Origin: Bacteroidota bacterium
GTDB taxonomy: Bacteria > Bacteroidota > Bacteroidia > UBA10329
DNA: 55,660 nucleotides
Reading direction: 5' to 3'
NCBI GenBank assembly: GCA_046047575.1
Contig: JBJOHR010000178.1
Span: 1 to 55,660 of the forward strand
This document shows positions 1 through 9,088 of the stretch, piece by piece. Numbering within the stretch: position 1 is the first letter of the stretch; every line of letters starts with the position of its first letter. A model generated the notes under the pieces. The model had not been told where the DNA came from and ran no database searches. It was given only the letters and a program-made list of their open reading frames with translations. The position numbers and the translations under genes were made by a program.

Positions 1-1691
1 AATTCCGCACTCATACCTTTTTCAGCGCTCAGATCCGGATTGGGAATGATCCGCACAGAAGGGTTCAGATCGTCATCGAGATAACGTTCTGCAATGGTCG
101 GTATGCGATACGATTGCCCGAAAGACCCACGGAGAAACGTGCCCTGCCCAATTCGGTAGTTGAGACCCGACCGGAAAACCGGACTGCTGGTTTCGGTAAA
201 ATCGTCAATACCGATGATCTCATATCGAAGTCCGGCAACCGCGCTCAGTCGCTTTGTCTTAAACTCTCCCTGCGCATACAAAGCCCCCGAATAGGATACA
301 CGAAGTCCTCTATACAGATTGCTTTTGGAAAGACCCAGATTGATCGGTAATCCCGTAGTTATAGACCACTTTTTCCATAGTTTCTGAAACTGGTAATTGA
401 GCATGATCTGATGCGACTTGGCATGTGGTGTGGTGGCCGGACTTCTTGAAATGCGCATGATGTACATGTAGCGCGATTCGAACGAATGCTTGAACCCTTT
501 TTCGTTCAGATAGTGGAAATGTGGGTCGAGATTGGAACGCAGATAAAGGTCATCAGATGGTATGGCCGATCGCAATGCGCCCTCGTTAGGGTTGGCGGCC
601 AAGAAAAATCTACCCGAATGCTCATAAACGATATTGCCATTCAGGCCGTAGTTCATTCCGGGGAATTTCTTGACGTGGACCCGCGTTTTGAAGTTCAGAC
701 CTCCACGTAATTCATCGGCAAAGCTTAGATAGCTAGCGTGGTGAAAGAAGTTACCACCCACAATAAGATCCACATTCTTGATCTTTCGGGCGTGATTGAA
801 GTTCAGACCCGAAGCTCCACGCACCTGTCCGTTGTCCCACCATCTGAGTGTGTCTTCTGGGAAGTGAATGATGGTATCGACCGTAAACCCGGCCGAATCT
901 CGTTCTGCCGTGTAGGTCTGGTGGCTGTAGAGGTCTGGCGGATTATCGTAGAATTTCTGAAAGGCCGTTACGGTGGTTACGGGTTCGGCACTTTTGGGCC
1001 AAGCGGTTATGACATTCACAACTCCGTTGAGCGCAGAACTTCCATAGACCACAGAAGACGCCCCCTTTATCACCTCGATCTGCTCCACATTTTCCAACGG
1101 GGCCTGTTTCAATTGTGGTTCGCCCAGGTCGGCACTCATCAACGAAACACCATCCTGCATAACGGCTGTTCTGGTTCCTACGCCGTAAGACCAACTACTG
1201 CCTCCACGAATACTGACCTGGCTATCTTGAATGGTAACACCGGGCGTTTTGTCGATGGCTTCTCCCAGATCGGTTGCATTGGTGTTCTGGATCAGCGCTT
1301 TGCTCACCACCTCCATGGAAACCGTTTCCTCCGCAATGCTCTTCTGGTATTGGCTGGCAGACACCACCACAATATCCAACTGCTCAGATTTTATTTCCAG
1401 GCTTACGTCCTTGGTAACTGTTGCGCCCGAACTCAGGTCTATCTCCTTCTCCTTTGGTTCGTAGCCGATGAAGGAATAGGTGATCTTGTAAATTCCCTTC
1501 GGTAGTTTGAGCGAATAGTTACCATCTAGATCGGTGGTCACGCCCTTTCCGTCCTTGGTAACCACACTGGCACCAACAAGTGGTTCGTTGGTTTCTTTGT
1601 CTGTAATGGTGCCTTTAAGAACCACATCCTGCGCTACTGCCTGGGTGGTTACAATTAGAAACAGGACTAGCAGTCGGAAAAATATGTTCAT
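1..1691 (-). CDS. TonB-dependent outer-membrane receptor, N-terminal ~563 aa; the gene runs off the left edge of the window
   Basis: Absent from the ORF track because it is open at the window edge. My reverse-strand translation from the ATG (plus-strand cat 1689-1691) is stop-free down to base 1. It shows a signal peptide (MNIFFRLLVLFLIVTTQAVAQ) and a CarboxypepD_reg-like segment (VLKGTITDKETNEPLVGASVV..GNYSLKLPKGIYKITYSFIGYE). Plug motifs follow (DLGEAIDKTPGV, SIRGG, IEVIKGASSVVYGSSALNGVVNV), then barrel-like sequence. Confidence 0.85.
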   Translation of the reverse strand, partial: MNIFFRLLVLFLIVTTQAVAQDVVLKGTITDKETNEPLVGASVVTKDGKGVTTDLDGNYSLKLPKGIYKITYSFIGYEPKEKEIDLSSGATVTKDVSLEIKSEQLDIVVVSASQYQKSIAEETVSMEVVSKALIQNTNATDLGEAIDKTPGVTIQDSQVSIRGGSSWSYGVGTRTAVMQDGVSLMSADLGEPQLKQAPLENVEQIEVIKGASSVVYGSSALNGVVNVITAWPKSAEPVTTVTAFQKFYDNPPDLYSHQTYTAERDSAGFTVDTIIHFPEDTLRWWDNGQVRGASGLNFNHARKIKNVDLIVGGNFFHHASYLSFADELRGGLNFKTRVHVKKFPGMNYGLNGNIVYEHSGRFFLAANPNEGALRSAIPSDDLYLRSNLDPHFHYLNEKGFKHSFESRYMYIMRISRSPATTPHAKSHQIMLNYQFQKLWKKWSITTGLPINLGLSKSNLYRGLRVSYSGALYAQGEFKTKRLSAVAGLRYEIIGIDDFTETSSPVFRSGLNYRIGQGTFLRGSFGQSYRIPTIAERYLDDDLNPSVRIIPNPDLSAEKGMSAE

Positions 1692-1746
1692 ACAATAGTG
1701 TGTGGGCGGGTAAAAATAGCAAAGTTGACCATCTTTGATCCGTTGC

Positions 1747-2718
1747 ATGAAACTCCTCAGAATGAACACCGTCCGGTTGCTGACCAAATTGATTTTAGGG
1801 TGCTGGCTTGGGCTTTTTTCTGAAAAACTGTTATCACAACCGCTACCCAATTCGGCAGAAACATTGGCAGTTGAATCTTGGTCGGTGACCATTGCGGTTC
1901 CGGAGCAGACCGACCTTGCTGGCGGACACTTGCAGGGAATTCAACTCCATAACGGGACGCTGATCGTATCTGGCAGTTCGCATGAATTCGGCTATCTAGG
2001 CGTTTTTCAATTGCTAGGAGGCGAATTCAGGTTTTTGGGAGTTAAGAAACTGGCAAAGGCACCATTCGATCATGCCGGTGGTTTTCAGGTGGCCGACAAT
2101 TGGTTGGCCGTTGGCATTGAAGACCCCGTGGGAAAACGGGAATCCATTATCCAGCTGATCGATATTTCCAGCTTCAAGACCATCTCAGCCCCGCCAGTTT
2201 ACACTCTGAAGCGTAAAGGCGAATTCAAACGAAGTACCGCAGGTGCCGTGGCACTGATCAGACGCAACGGGCACTTTCTACTGGCCGTTGGTTCGTGGGA
2301 CTGTACCGTGATCGACTTCTACACATCCAACCACACCGATCCGTACGCAGAGGATTTTGCCTTTGAACTTTGGACGAGTTGGGACAGCCGAGAGGCCAAG
2401 CGGAACGATTGGACGGATAAAGGCTACAACAGCTACCAGAGTTTGCAGCTTACGGAAGACTCAACGGGCGTTTACCTGACAGGGTTTGCCCGAAATGGAA
2501 ATGCGAACGAGGCGGATGTGTTTCTTCTGAGAACCGAAAGCGATCCATATACGCTTCTGCAAAAAGTAGCAACGTATGGGGTTCAATGCCGTGGCGATGT
2601 CACATTCCGGAATGGTGCGGGTCTGTCAGATCACAATCGGGTGCCATCCATTATAGCAGTCGGTCATCAGCTTACACCAAAGACCAACATTCAGGTTTTT
2701 CCGATATCAAAACATTGA
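1747..2718 (+). CDS. Hypothetical secreted protein, possibly a repeat or propeller-like fold; no family recognised
   Basis: ORF 1735..2718. The first ATG at 1747 gives a hydrophobic N-terminus (MKLLRMNTVRLLTKLILGCWLGLF). Strand-like motifs recur (GGHLQGIQL, HAGGFQVADNWLAVG, LLAVGSWDCTVIDF). It is divergent from the TonB receptor gene. Confidence 0.6.
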   Translation: MKLLRMNTVRLLTKLILGCWLGLFSEKLLSQPLPNSAETLAVESWSVTIAVPEQTDLAGGHLQGIQLHNGTLIVSGSSHEFGYLGVFQLLGGEFRFLGVKKLAKAPFDHAGGFQVADNWLAVGIEDPVGKRESIIQLIDISSFKTISAPPVYTLKRKGEFKRSTAGAVALIRRNGHFLLAVGSWDCTVIDFYTSNHTDPYAEDFAFELWTSWDSREAKRNDWTDKGYNSYQSLQLTEDSTGVYLTGFARNGNANEADVFLLRTESDPYTLLQKVATYGVQCRGDVTFRNGAGLSDHNRVPSIIAVGHQLTPKTNIQVFPISKH

Positions 2719-2831
2719 GTATTTTCAGAAGCGTGAACAAGCTGACCCCAAACACTCCGCTGCAGACACTGATCGTAATACCAAGCGAAGCCTCAACAGC
2801 CGAGACACTTTTGGCGAAATTCCACCCGATC

Positions 2832-3371
2832 ATGAAGAAGCTTGGGTTCGGTCATTTTGAAAAGCAGGAAAGTTGGCTTTACTCCGCCAGCAAAGACAGC
2901 AAAACCATTTTCCGTGCTGCGGATAACGTGTTTGCCGAAGTGAACAATGGAACGTTGTTCATCAACATTGAAGGTGAATCTGTTTTTGGGGTGAGATCTA
3001 CAGAGAAGCTGTTGTTTGAGATCAAACAAGCCTACGAAGCATCAGCAGATTGCACCGCAGAAGTTGAAGGACCTGATTACAAAGCCGCCATGTTGGGCAA
3101 CCTGATCTATACTGCTGCTCCTATCATTACAGGCTCTCTTCTGGCAATTGCCATTATCCGATTTGGGTTTGAAGAGGAGTTTCCAAGCAATCCGACACTT
3201 GTCGTTTACATAATGATCGGTGCTGTTGCTACCAAGACCCGTTTTTGGATCCATCAGCGTAAAAAGAATCGCCCAGCGTGGACCGGTTCGTTGATCCTGT
3301 TTTCAATACCATTGGCCATAATGGCCTCATTGATCCTACTTGGAGGATTACTTACCCTTCTGAACGGCTAG
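2832..3371 (+). CDS. Hypothetical membrane protein: soluble N-terminal domain plus 3 predicted C-terminal TM helices
   Basis: ORF 2586..3371. The first ~45 codons overlap the previous gene and look like junk (S/R/C/W-rich), so the start must lie after 2718. Candidates are ATG 2832 (MKKLGFGHF) or GTG 2733. The C-terminus carries hydrophobic helices (LIYTAAPIITGSLLAIAIIRF, LVVYIMIGAVA, LILFSIPLAIMASLILLGGLL). Confidence 0.55.
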   Translation: MKKLGFGHFEKQESWLYSASKDSKTIFRAADNVFAEVNNGTLFINIEGESVFGVRSTEKLLFEIKQAYEASADCTAEVEGPDYKAAMLGNLIYTAAPIITGSLLAIAIIRFGFEEEFPSNPTLVVYIMIGAVATKTRFWIHQRKKNRPAWTGSLILFSIPLAIMASLILLGGLLTLLNG

Positions 3372-4222
3372 AGGCTGTTCAGGAAAGACCGTAACCAGTT
3401 GCCGTCACCGTCTTCCAGCTTTCTGATCCGCATTTTGGTGATGTCCAATTCCAACTGATTCTCTACGCGGGTACGGACTCCCCACAGCGTTTCCTCGTCC
3501 GTTTTGCCTTCATATTCCTTGGTGGAAATTCGGGTTCCGAAGGCATAATACTGCTTCTCTGGCCGCGGGATCAATGTCGGTCCAATACCTCTTGCCAGCG
3601 GGAAAACAGTATCGCCATCTTTCATGTATTTCTCTGCAATGCCTTTCTCGCGCAGCCAATCCCCGAATTTGCTGTCCATGATCTCATCTCCGTCCATCAC
3701 AATATCGTAGGCGTCTTCCTGTCCGACTTGCGCTACCGTAATGATGTCATATCCACTCTCAATGGCCATTCTGGCAAATCCGGTACGCTTCTTCCAGGTT
3801 AGTTTATACTTCTCGCCCTTGCGTTTGCAGGTTTCTCTGCCTCCTCCGGGATAGACCATAATGTGTTCGCCATGTTCCATCATGGCTGCGCAATTCTCTC
3901 TTGAACCACGCACAAAACCTAGTTTGGGCGCAATGTCTTTCCATCCGGGCATCATATAGTGGAGGTCGTCTACCAGCGAACGCATGAAAATGTCCTTCTC
4001 CATGTAGAGTTGGGCGGCCCAAAGTGTTCCGTCCAAGGCACCCAGCACCGAGTGATTCGTCACGTAAAGTGCCGGTTTATCTGGATGAACGTTATCCATA
4101 CCGAAGAATTGAGGCTGGAAGTAAAGACGGCCGAGTGCAGTTACGCCTTCAACAAATTCTTTGGATGGTGGAGTAAATTCGGTGGTGTAATCTCCGAGTT
4201 GTGGTTGGACGGTGTCGCTCAT
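3368..4222 (-). CDS. Acyltransferase of the lysophospholipid/PlsC-like (LPLAT) superfamily
   Basis: ORF 3368..4237. The internal ATG at 4222 (MSDTVQPQ) lies 4 nt downstream of an exact -7 box. Motifs include LYVTNHSVLGALDG (acyltransferase His/Asp block), VYPGGGRE and TGFARMAIESG. Confidence 0.65.
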   Translation of the reverse strand: MSDTVQPQLGDYTTEFTPPSKEFVEGVTALGRLYFQPQFFGMDNVHPDKPALYVTNHSVLGALDGTLWAAQLYMEKDIFMRSLVDDLHYMMPGWKDIAPKLGFVRGSRENCAAMMEHGEHIMVYPGGGRETCKRKGEKYKLTWKKRTGFARMAIESGYDIITVAQVGQEDAYDIVMDGDEIMDSKFGDWLREKGIAEKYMKDGDTVFPLARGIGPTLIPRPEKQYYAFGTRISTKEYEGKTDEETLWGVRTRVENQLELDITKMRIRKLEDGDGNWLRSFLNSL

Positions 4223-4252
4223 GCGGCAAAGATACATCCATACTAACTTCCG

Positions 4253-4888
4253 TCAGTAGATCACCGTTATGGTTGTGGTATCAAAAGCCTGCACAAAGGC
4301 AGTTTCGGCTATCTGGTGCACGCCACCATTATCATCCACATAATTACCCGCCACGGAAACCTGTTGCTGACCATAGACCGGACAAATGAACGTGGTGTCT
4401 ACGGTTGTACCCTGAATGATCGTGCTTCCTTCAGCACAGCATTCCGAACAGTTGCCATTGTCGGCAACCAGATTGAAGGTCACCGTTTGCGACATGTTCT
4501 GATTGATGATGTGCGTGGCGATCCAGGCTTTGGGATCGACCACGAAAGTGCTGGAATAGGCAGTGCTGAACGGAACATTGTCTGGGTTGATGCTGAATGC
4601 TTCGAAGAAATGGTTGGGATGCGTTATTTCTACGCGGTAACTGTAGAAAACATCCTTTTCCACTTCCAGATAGAATCGGCCTTCACTATCGGTTGTGGCA
4701 GTTCCTACCGTTTCAAAATTCGGATTGAACCCACCTGAAGCACGCTGCACCTTCATTACAATTGATGCTCCTGCCACAGGAATATTGACTGTTTGGTCAT
4801 AGACCACGCAATCGAACATGAAGAAATCGGACTTCTTCTGGCACGATACCAGCAACAACGAAAAACTGATGAATAGCAAAAACCTCAT
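4253..4888 (-). CDS. Hypothetical lipoprotein with a carboxypeptidase-regulatory-like beta-sandwich
   Basis: ORF 4253..4969. The ATG at 4888 gives a lipobox (MRFLLFISFSLLLVSCQKK) and forms an ATGA overlap with the upstream gene's stop. The segment VNIPVAGASIVMKV..TTDSEGRFYLEV is typical of CarboxypepD_reg folds. Confidence 0.6.
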   Translation of the reverse strand: MRFLLFISFSLLLVSCQKKSDFFMFDCVVYDQTVNIPVAGASIVMKVQRASGGFNPNFETVGTATTDSEGRFYLEVEKDVFYSYRVEITHPNHFFEAFSINPDNVPFSTAYSSTFVVDPKAWIATHIINQNMSQTVTFNLVADNGNCSECCAEGSTIIQGTTVDTTFICPVYGQQQVSVAGNYVDDNGGVHQIAETAFVQAFDTTTITVIY

Positions 4889-5487
4889 GGCAACGCAACA
4901 TAGAACTTTCCAGCGATATCCGATCGGGAAACGCCTGCTATGGAAAAGAGATAGATCCCAGGCCGCCAACCCGATGTGCTTATCACGGCATCGCTTCCCA
5001 GAACCTCAAACGTTGTAAGACGGTTTCCTGCGTGATCGAAAACAGTGATCTCGGCCACTGCATTATTGTCGTTAGAGAATAGTACGCGGTGCGTTTGCAG
5101 CGCCTGATCCGACTGCAACAGAAATGCTGCAGCTCCAAAATCTTCGAAAAAGACCGTTACCGTATCTGTAAAACCCTGAAAGCCGAGCTCCAATCTATAG
5201 TGGTTGTAAGCGTTGGAGAATGGTTCGTTATCGAAGTAGGTGTAGGTTTCATCACCGGTCGTACTGCCGCAAATTCCATCAATATGGTTTATCTGTTCGA
5301 ACAGAAAATCGTCTCCTGCCCTGAAAACATGTGTGCCTTGGCATTGTTGCCCACCCTTGATCACCCATTTCAGAAACACACCATTGGGTTGCTTAACAGC
5401 AGAAAACGATCGAAGAATAGGGTGCGGGGTCTGTGCCAGTAGCCAAACCGGTAACAACGCGATCAGAAAAAAGCCCCAGTGCTTCAT
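4885..5487 (-). CDS. Secreted protein with a T9SS-type C-terminal sorting domain
   Basis: ORF 4885..5499. ATG 5487 gives the signal peptide MKHWGFFLIALLPVWLLAQ. The C-terminal ~70 aa (ITVFDHAGNRL..GWRPGIYLFSIAG..GKFYVALP) match the pattern of Por/T9SS CTDs. Confidence 0.65.
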   Translation of the reverse strand: MKHWGFFLIALLPVWLLAQTPHPILRSFSAVKQPNGVFLKWVIKGGQQCQGTHVFRAGDDFLFEQINHIDGICGSTTGDETYTYFDNEPFSNAYNHYRLELGFQGFTDTVTVFFEDFGAAAFLLQSDQALQTHRVLFSNDNNAVAEITVFDHAGNRLTTFEVLGSDAVISTSGWRPGIYLFSIAGVSRSDIAGKFYVALP

Positions 5488-5555
5488 ACTCCCAGCCAAG
5501 TTAATGCTAGATCTCTCACCATGTTGTTGGCCGCCTTACATAATTCAATTTTGGA

Positions 5556-5563
5556 TACGTTTG
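5556..5563 (+). promoter_or_regulatory. Bacteroidota -7 promoter box (TACGTTTG)
   Basis: Exact TAnnTTTG match ending 5 nt before ATG 5569. Confidence 0.45.
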
Positions 5564-5568
5564 CAGGC

Positions 5569-5970
5569 ATGAGGAAGGACATACACATTCCTAAGGTCGA
5601 ACAAGTGTCTATGGCGGTGGTAAAAGAAACAACCGATGCTGATGCCGAGTGGGGAGTCTACTTGCTTAACCAGAAGGATGTAGCCCTGCACGACATCATT
5701 GTTTCATCCAAAGGCTATGGAGTCATAGACGATGAGCCGATCAAAACCTCAACGTTGCGGCATTTCTTCGATTCCATCGGCCCGAACGAATCGCTGAAGG
5801 TGGAAAAGATCATGCCCGAGGTGTTCGGCCTCAATAACGAATACATGCTCACGTTCTACATCGATGGAACCATCTACGACAGGAAATTCATTTTCGTGCC
5901 CGATAGCATTGTGGAAGAAAACCTGATTCCGATACCTTTGGTAGCATTACCCGGAATCCTGATCAAATGA
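5569..5970 (+). CDS. Hypothetical cytoplasmic protein (133 aa)
   Basis: ORF 5479..5970. ATG 5569 (MRKDIHIPK) is preferred because the -7 box lies inside the longer ORF. It has an ATGA overlap with the downstream exonuclease gene. Confidence 0.6.
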   Translation: MRKDIHIPKVEQVSMAVVKETTDADAEWGVYLLNQKDVALHDIIVSSKGYGVIDDEPIKTSTLRHFFDSIGPNESLKVEKIMPEVFGLNNEYMLTFYIDGTIYDRKFIFVPDSIVEENLIPIPLVALPGILIK

Positions 5971-6692
5971 TCATGTTGTTGAATTTAGACCTGACCAAGA
6001 TTCTGTTTCTTGATATTGAAACAGTGCCTCAAGTGTCTGGTTATGCGGAGCTTGATGAGACGACCGCGGCACTTTGGAACGACAAGGCCGCCAAATTGGC
6101 AAAGGATGAAGAAACACCGGAAGAAATGTTCGAGCGGGCAGGTATTTATGCCGAATTCGGAAAAATCATTTGTATCTCGGTAGGCTATTTCAATCTACGG
6201 GAAGGCGGTACCCGGGAATTCAGAACACGCTCTTTTTATGGAGATGACGAAAAAGTCCTTCTAACCGAATTTGCAGACATGCTCAACAGGCATTACAACT
6301 CGCCCACACAATTGCTATGCGGCCACAACGGTAAGGAGTTCGACTTTCCGTACATTGCCAGAAGGATGGTGGTAAACCGCATCAACGTTCCTAAAATATT
6401 GGACATGGTGGGCAAAAAACCGTGGGAAGTGCAACATCTGGATACGATGGAACTCTGGAAATTCGGAGACCGCAAAAGCTTTACCTCGTTGAAACTGTTG
6501 ACGCACGTTCTTGGCATTCCCACACCCAAGACCGACATTGAGGGCAAAGACGTGGCGCGAGTGTATTACCAAGAAAAAGACCTGGACCGCATTGAACAGT
6601 ACTGCAAGCGCGATACCTTGGCTGTAGCACAGTTACTGCTCCGATTCCGGGGCGAAGACATCTTAAAAGAAGACCAGATCGTGGAACTATGA
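5967..6692 (+). CDS. RNase H-fold 3'-5' exonuclease, PolB-exonuclease-like or DnaQ-like
   Basis: Motifs ILFLDIETVP (Exo I D-x-E), LCGHNGKEFDFPY (Exo II) and YCKRDTLAVAQL (Exo III Y-x3-D). Confidence 0.75.
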   Translation: MIMLLNLDLTKILFLDIETVPQVSGYAELDETTAALWNDKAAKLAKDEETPEEMFERAGIYAEFGKIICISVGYFNLREGGTREFRTRSFYGDDEKVLLTEFADMLNRHYNSPTQLLCGHNGKEFDFPYIARRMVVNRINVPKILDMVGKKPWEVQHLDTMELWKFGDRKSFTSLKLLTHVLGIPTPKTDIEGKDVARVYYQEKDLDRIEQYCKRDTLAVAQLLLRFRGEDILKEDQIVEL

Positions 6693-7159
6693 GAACATTC
6701 ATCTATGGCATATTGATCACTTCCCTTTTCGCTTGTGGAAGCAAGCAAGGAACCTTGGATCAGGTTATTGGCACAGCCCATTTCCGCGGAAACTCCATTG
6801 GCGACAAGCGCCAGAAAGTGAGCAGTAACGTGGCTGCGGACAACATCACCGTTCAGGACGAAATGGCCGTTACCTGCGAACTGAAGGTGCAGGAAACCGA
6901 TATGCTGGTGCGCTACGATTTTGATGGAGATGCCCTGTATTCCATTCAAGCAGATATGTTCTTTTCAGATTCAACGGCACTTACGCACTTTCAGGAATCA
7001 TTGATAGAGCATTACAATGCCAAATACGGCCAGGTGAATGTTGATGGAGGTTTTCTGGTTTGGCAAGAAGGCGGCAAAGTGGAGTTCACGTTGGCCGATG
7101 AGAGCATTGAGTTCGGTCAGCCCAAGCTCTCTCTCACTATTTATAATTTTGACTACTGA
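6689..7159 (+). CDS. Hypothetical lipoprotein
   Basis: Lipobox in MRTFIYGILITSLFACGSK. ATGA overlap with the exonuclease gene. Confidence 0.6.
   Translation: MRTFIYGILITSLFACGSKQGTLDQVIGTAHFRGNSIGDKRQKVSSNVAADNITVQDEMAVTCELKVQETDMLVRYDFDGDALYSIQADMFFSDSTALTHFQESLIEHYNAKYGQVNVDGGFLVWQEGGKVEFTLADESIEFGQPKLSLTIYNFDY
7144..7151 (+). promoter_or_regulatory. Bacteroidota -7 promoter box (TAATTTTG)
   Basis: Exact TAnnTTTG match 21 nt upstream of ATG 7173. It lies inside the 3' end of the preceding gene. Confidence 0.4.
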
Positions 7160-7172
7160 ACAGATCAAGCGC

Positions 7173-8990
7173 ATGTCAGACAATAAACTGCTGGAAATAA
7201 AGAACCTTGTAACAGAATTCAGCACCGATGGAAAGGTGCTCAAGGCTGTGAACGATGTAAGTTTTACCCTCAATCGTGGCGAAACCATAGGAATCGTGGG
7301 TGAATCGGGTTCGGGTAAATCGGTCACGTCACTTTCCGTCATGCGCCTGATTCCCAATCCTCCAGGTAAAATCTCCGGTGGCGAGATCCTATTCCACAAA
7401 AAGGACGGTACAGCAACCGACCTTGTAAAGTTGAGCGAAAAGGAGATGCGTTCTATTCGTGGTAACGATATTGCCATGATCTTTCAGGAACCGATGACCT
7501 CGCTCAATCCGGTTTTCACCTGTGGCGATCAGGTAATGGAGGCCATTCTGCTTCATCAGAAAGTAAACAAGAAGGAGGCAAAGGAAAAGACCATTGCCCT
7601 CTTCAAAGAGGTTCAATTGCCGCGTCCAGAAGCCATCTTCGACCAGTATCCGCACCAAATATCAGGTGGCCAGAAACAGCGTGTAATGATTGCGATGGCC
7701 ATGAGCTGCAATCCGAGTATTCTGATAGCCGATGAGCCCACGACCGCTTTGGATGTTACCGTTCAACAGACCATTTTGGATCTGATGCTCAAATTGCAAC
7801 GCCAACACGATATGGGCATCATGTTCATTACTCACGACCTTGGCGTAATTGCCGAACTGGCCGACAAAGTGGTGGTGATGTACAAAGGCAAGATCGTAGA
7901 GCAAGGACCTGTGTTAGAGATATTCAGCAACCCACAGCACCCATACACCAAGGGCCTTTTGGCCTGCCGTCCACCATTGGATGTGCGTTTGAAACGCCTT
8001 CCGGTGGTTTCAGATTTTATGAAAGTGGACGATGCAGGTAACATTGAAGAGCTGGGACAAACGGTTGAAGACGCCACCAAAAAGGCCATTCAAACCGATT
8101 CAGAACGAAAGGCCGACCACGATGCCATGTACGCAAAAGAACCTGTGCTGCGCATCAAAAACCTAAAAACCTATTTCCCACTAAAGAAGAACTTCTTAGG
8201 AAAAGTGACTGAAGAGGTGAAGGCAGTTGACGATGTGACCTTCGATGTCTATCCTGGCGAAACGCTTGGTCTTGTTGGCGAATCCGGATGTGGTAAAACC
8301 ACACTTGGCAGAACTGTTCTGCGATTGGTTGACCCTACAGATGGCGAAGTGATCTTCAAAGGGAAACCAATGCACAGCATGACCACGGAAGAGCTTCGGG
8401 AAGTTAGAAAGGATATCCAGATCATCTTTCAAGACCCATATTCATCGCTTAACCCGAGAATTACGGTTGGCGAAGCCATATTGGAACCAATGAAGGTGCA
8501 TAAACTCTATGCAAACGATACCGAACGGAAACAGAAGGTTTTGGAACTTTTGGAGCGTGTGGGCCTCCTTCCTGAACATTTTTACCGCTATCCGCACGAA
8601 TTCTCTGGCGGTCAGCGCCAGCGGATCTGCATTGCGCGCGCCTTGGCGCTTAGACCACAGTTCATCATCTGCGATGAGTCTGTTTCGGCCTTGGACGTTT
8701 CCGTACAGGCTCAAGTACTCAACCTGCTCAACGAACTGAAACGCGATTTCGATTTCACCTACATCTTCATTTCTCACGATCTTTCAGTGGTCAAGTTCAT
8801 GAGCGACCGCATGGTGGTAATGAACAAAGGCGTTGTGGAAGAAATGGGCGATGCCGATCAGATCTATTCCAACCCGCAGACCGAGTACACTAAGAAACTC
8901 ATTGCCGCCATTCCCAAAGGGCGACTGGAGGATATTGAAGCTTCTATCAGGGAAAAGGAAGAGTGGCGGATCGGTGCTGCTGTGAGCTGA
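7173..8990 (+). CDS. ABC transporter ATP-binding protein with two fused ATPase domains, Dpp/Opp (DppD-DppF, YejF-like) type
   Basis: ORF 7038..8990. ATG 7173 ([12 protein letters not shown]) is the likely start. Walker A: GESGSGKS and GESGCGKT. Signature: ISGGQKQR and FSGGQRQR. Walker B: [12 protein letters not shown] and [12 protein letters not shown]. Oligopeptide-type C-terminal motifs: [11 protein letters not shown] and [11 protein letters not shown]. Confidence 0.9.
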   Translation: MSDNKLLEIKNLVTEFSTDGKVLKAVNDVSFTLNRGETIGIVGESGSGKSVTSLSVMRLIPNPPGKISGGEILFHKKDGTATDLVKLSEKEMRSIRGNDIAMIFQEPMTSLNPVFTCGDQVMEAILLHQKVNKKEAKEKTIALFKEVQLPRPEAIFDQYPHQISGGQKQRVMIAMAMSCNPSILIADEPTTALDVTVQQTILDLMLKLQRQHDMGIMFITHDLGVIAELADKVVVMYKGKIVEQGPVLEIFSNPQHPYTKGLLACRPPLDVRLKRLPVVSDFMKVDDAGNIEELGQTVEDATKKAIQTDSERKADHDAMYAKEPVLRIKNLKTYFPLKKNFLGKVTEEVKAVDDVTFDVYPGETLGLVGESGCGKTTLGRTVLRLVDPTDGEVIFKGKPMHSMTTEELREVRKDIQIIFQDPYSSLNPRITVGEAILEPMKVHKLYANDTERKQKVLELLERVGLLPEHFYRYPHEFSGGQRQRICIARALALRPQFIICDESVSALDVSVQAQVLNLLNELKRDFDFTYIFISHDLSVVKFMSDRMVVMNKGVVEEMGDADQIYSNPQTEYTKKLIAAIPKGRLEDIEASIREKEEWRIGAAVS

Positions 8991-9057
8991 TCTTCATTTC
9001 AACCCTTCTGGTTTAACAATTCTTTTCTGTCTGCGTTGTATTCATGAAACGCTGATA

Positions 9058-9065
9058 TACTTTTG
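9058..9065 (+). promoter_or_regulatory. Bacteroidota -7 promoter box (TACTTTTG) with a TTG about 19 nt upstream
   Basis: Exact TAnnTTTG match 23 nt upstream of ATG 9089. A TTG at 9036-9038 sits at -33-like spacing. Confidence 0.45.
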
Positions 9066-9088
9066 CGCGCAAATCCCGTTATAGAACC

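Noticed and set aside
738-1505. 255-aa plus-strand ORF, together with ORFs 486..710, 943..1194 and 1231..1464
   Set aside because: It lies antisense to or inside the TonB-dependent receptor reading frame, which has clear plug and barrel motifs on the minus strand. The plus-strand translation is low-complexity (R/H/L-rich) with no motifs.
2586-2718. 133-nt overlap between ORFs 1735..2718 and 2586..3371, a possible frameshifted single gene
   Set aside because: The upstream ORF reads as normal protein up to its stop. The overlapping part of the downstream ORF is junk-like (MPWRCHIPEWCGSVRSQS..). A later start at 2733 or 2832 explains it without a frameshift.
7038-7172. N-terminally extended versions of several ORFs: 7038, 14631, 19298, 29228, 41597, 42335, 48461, 5479 and 4969
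   Set aside because: The extensions overlap upstream genes, contain the gene's own -7 box or terminator, or precede an obvious signal peptide or lipobox that begins at an internal ATG.
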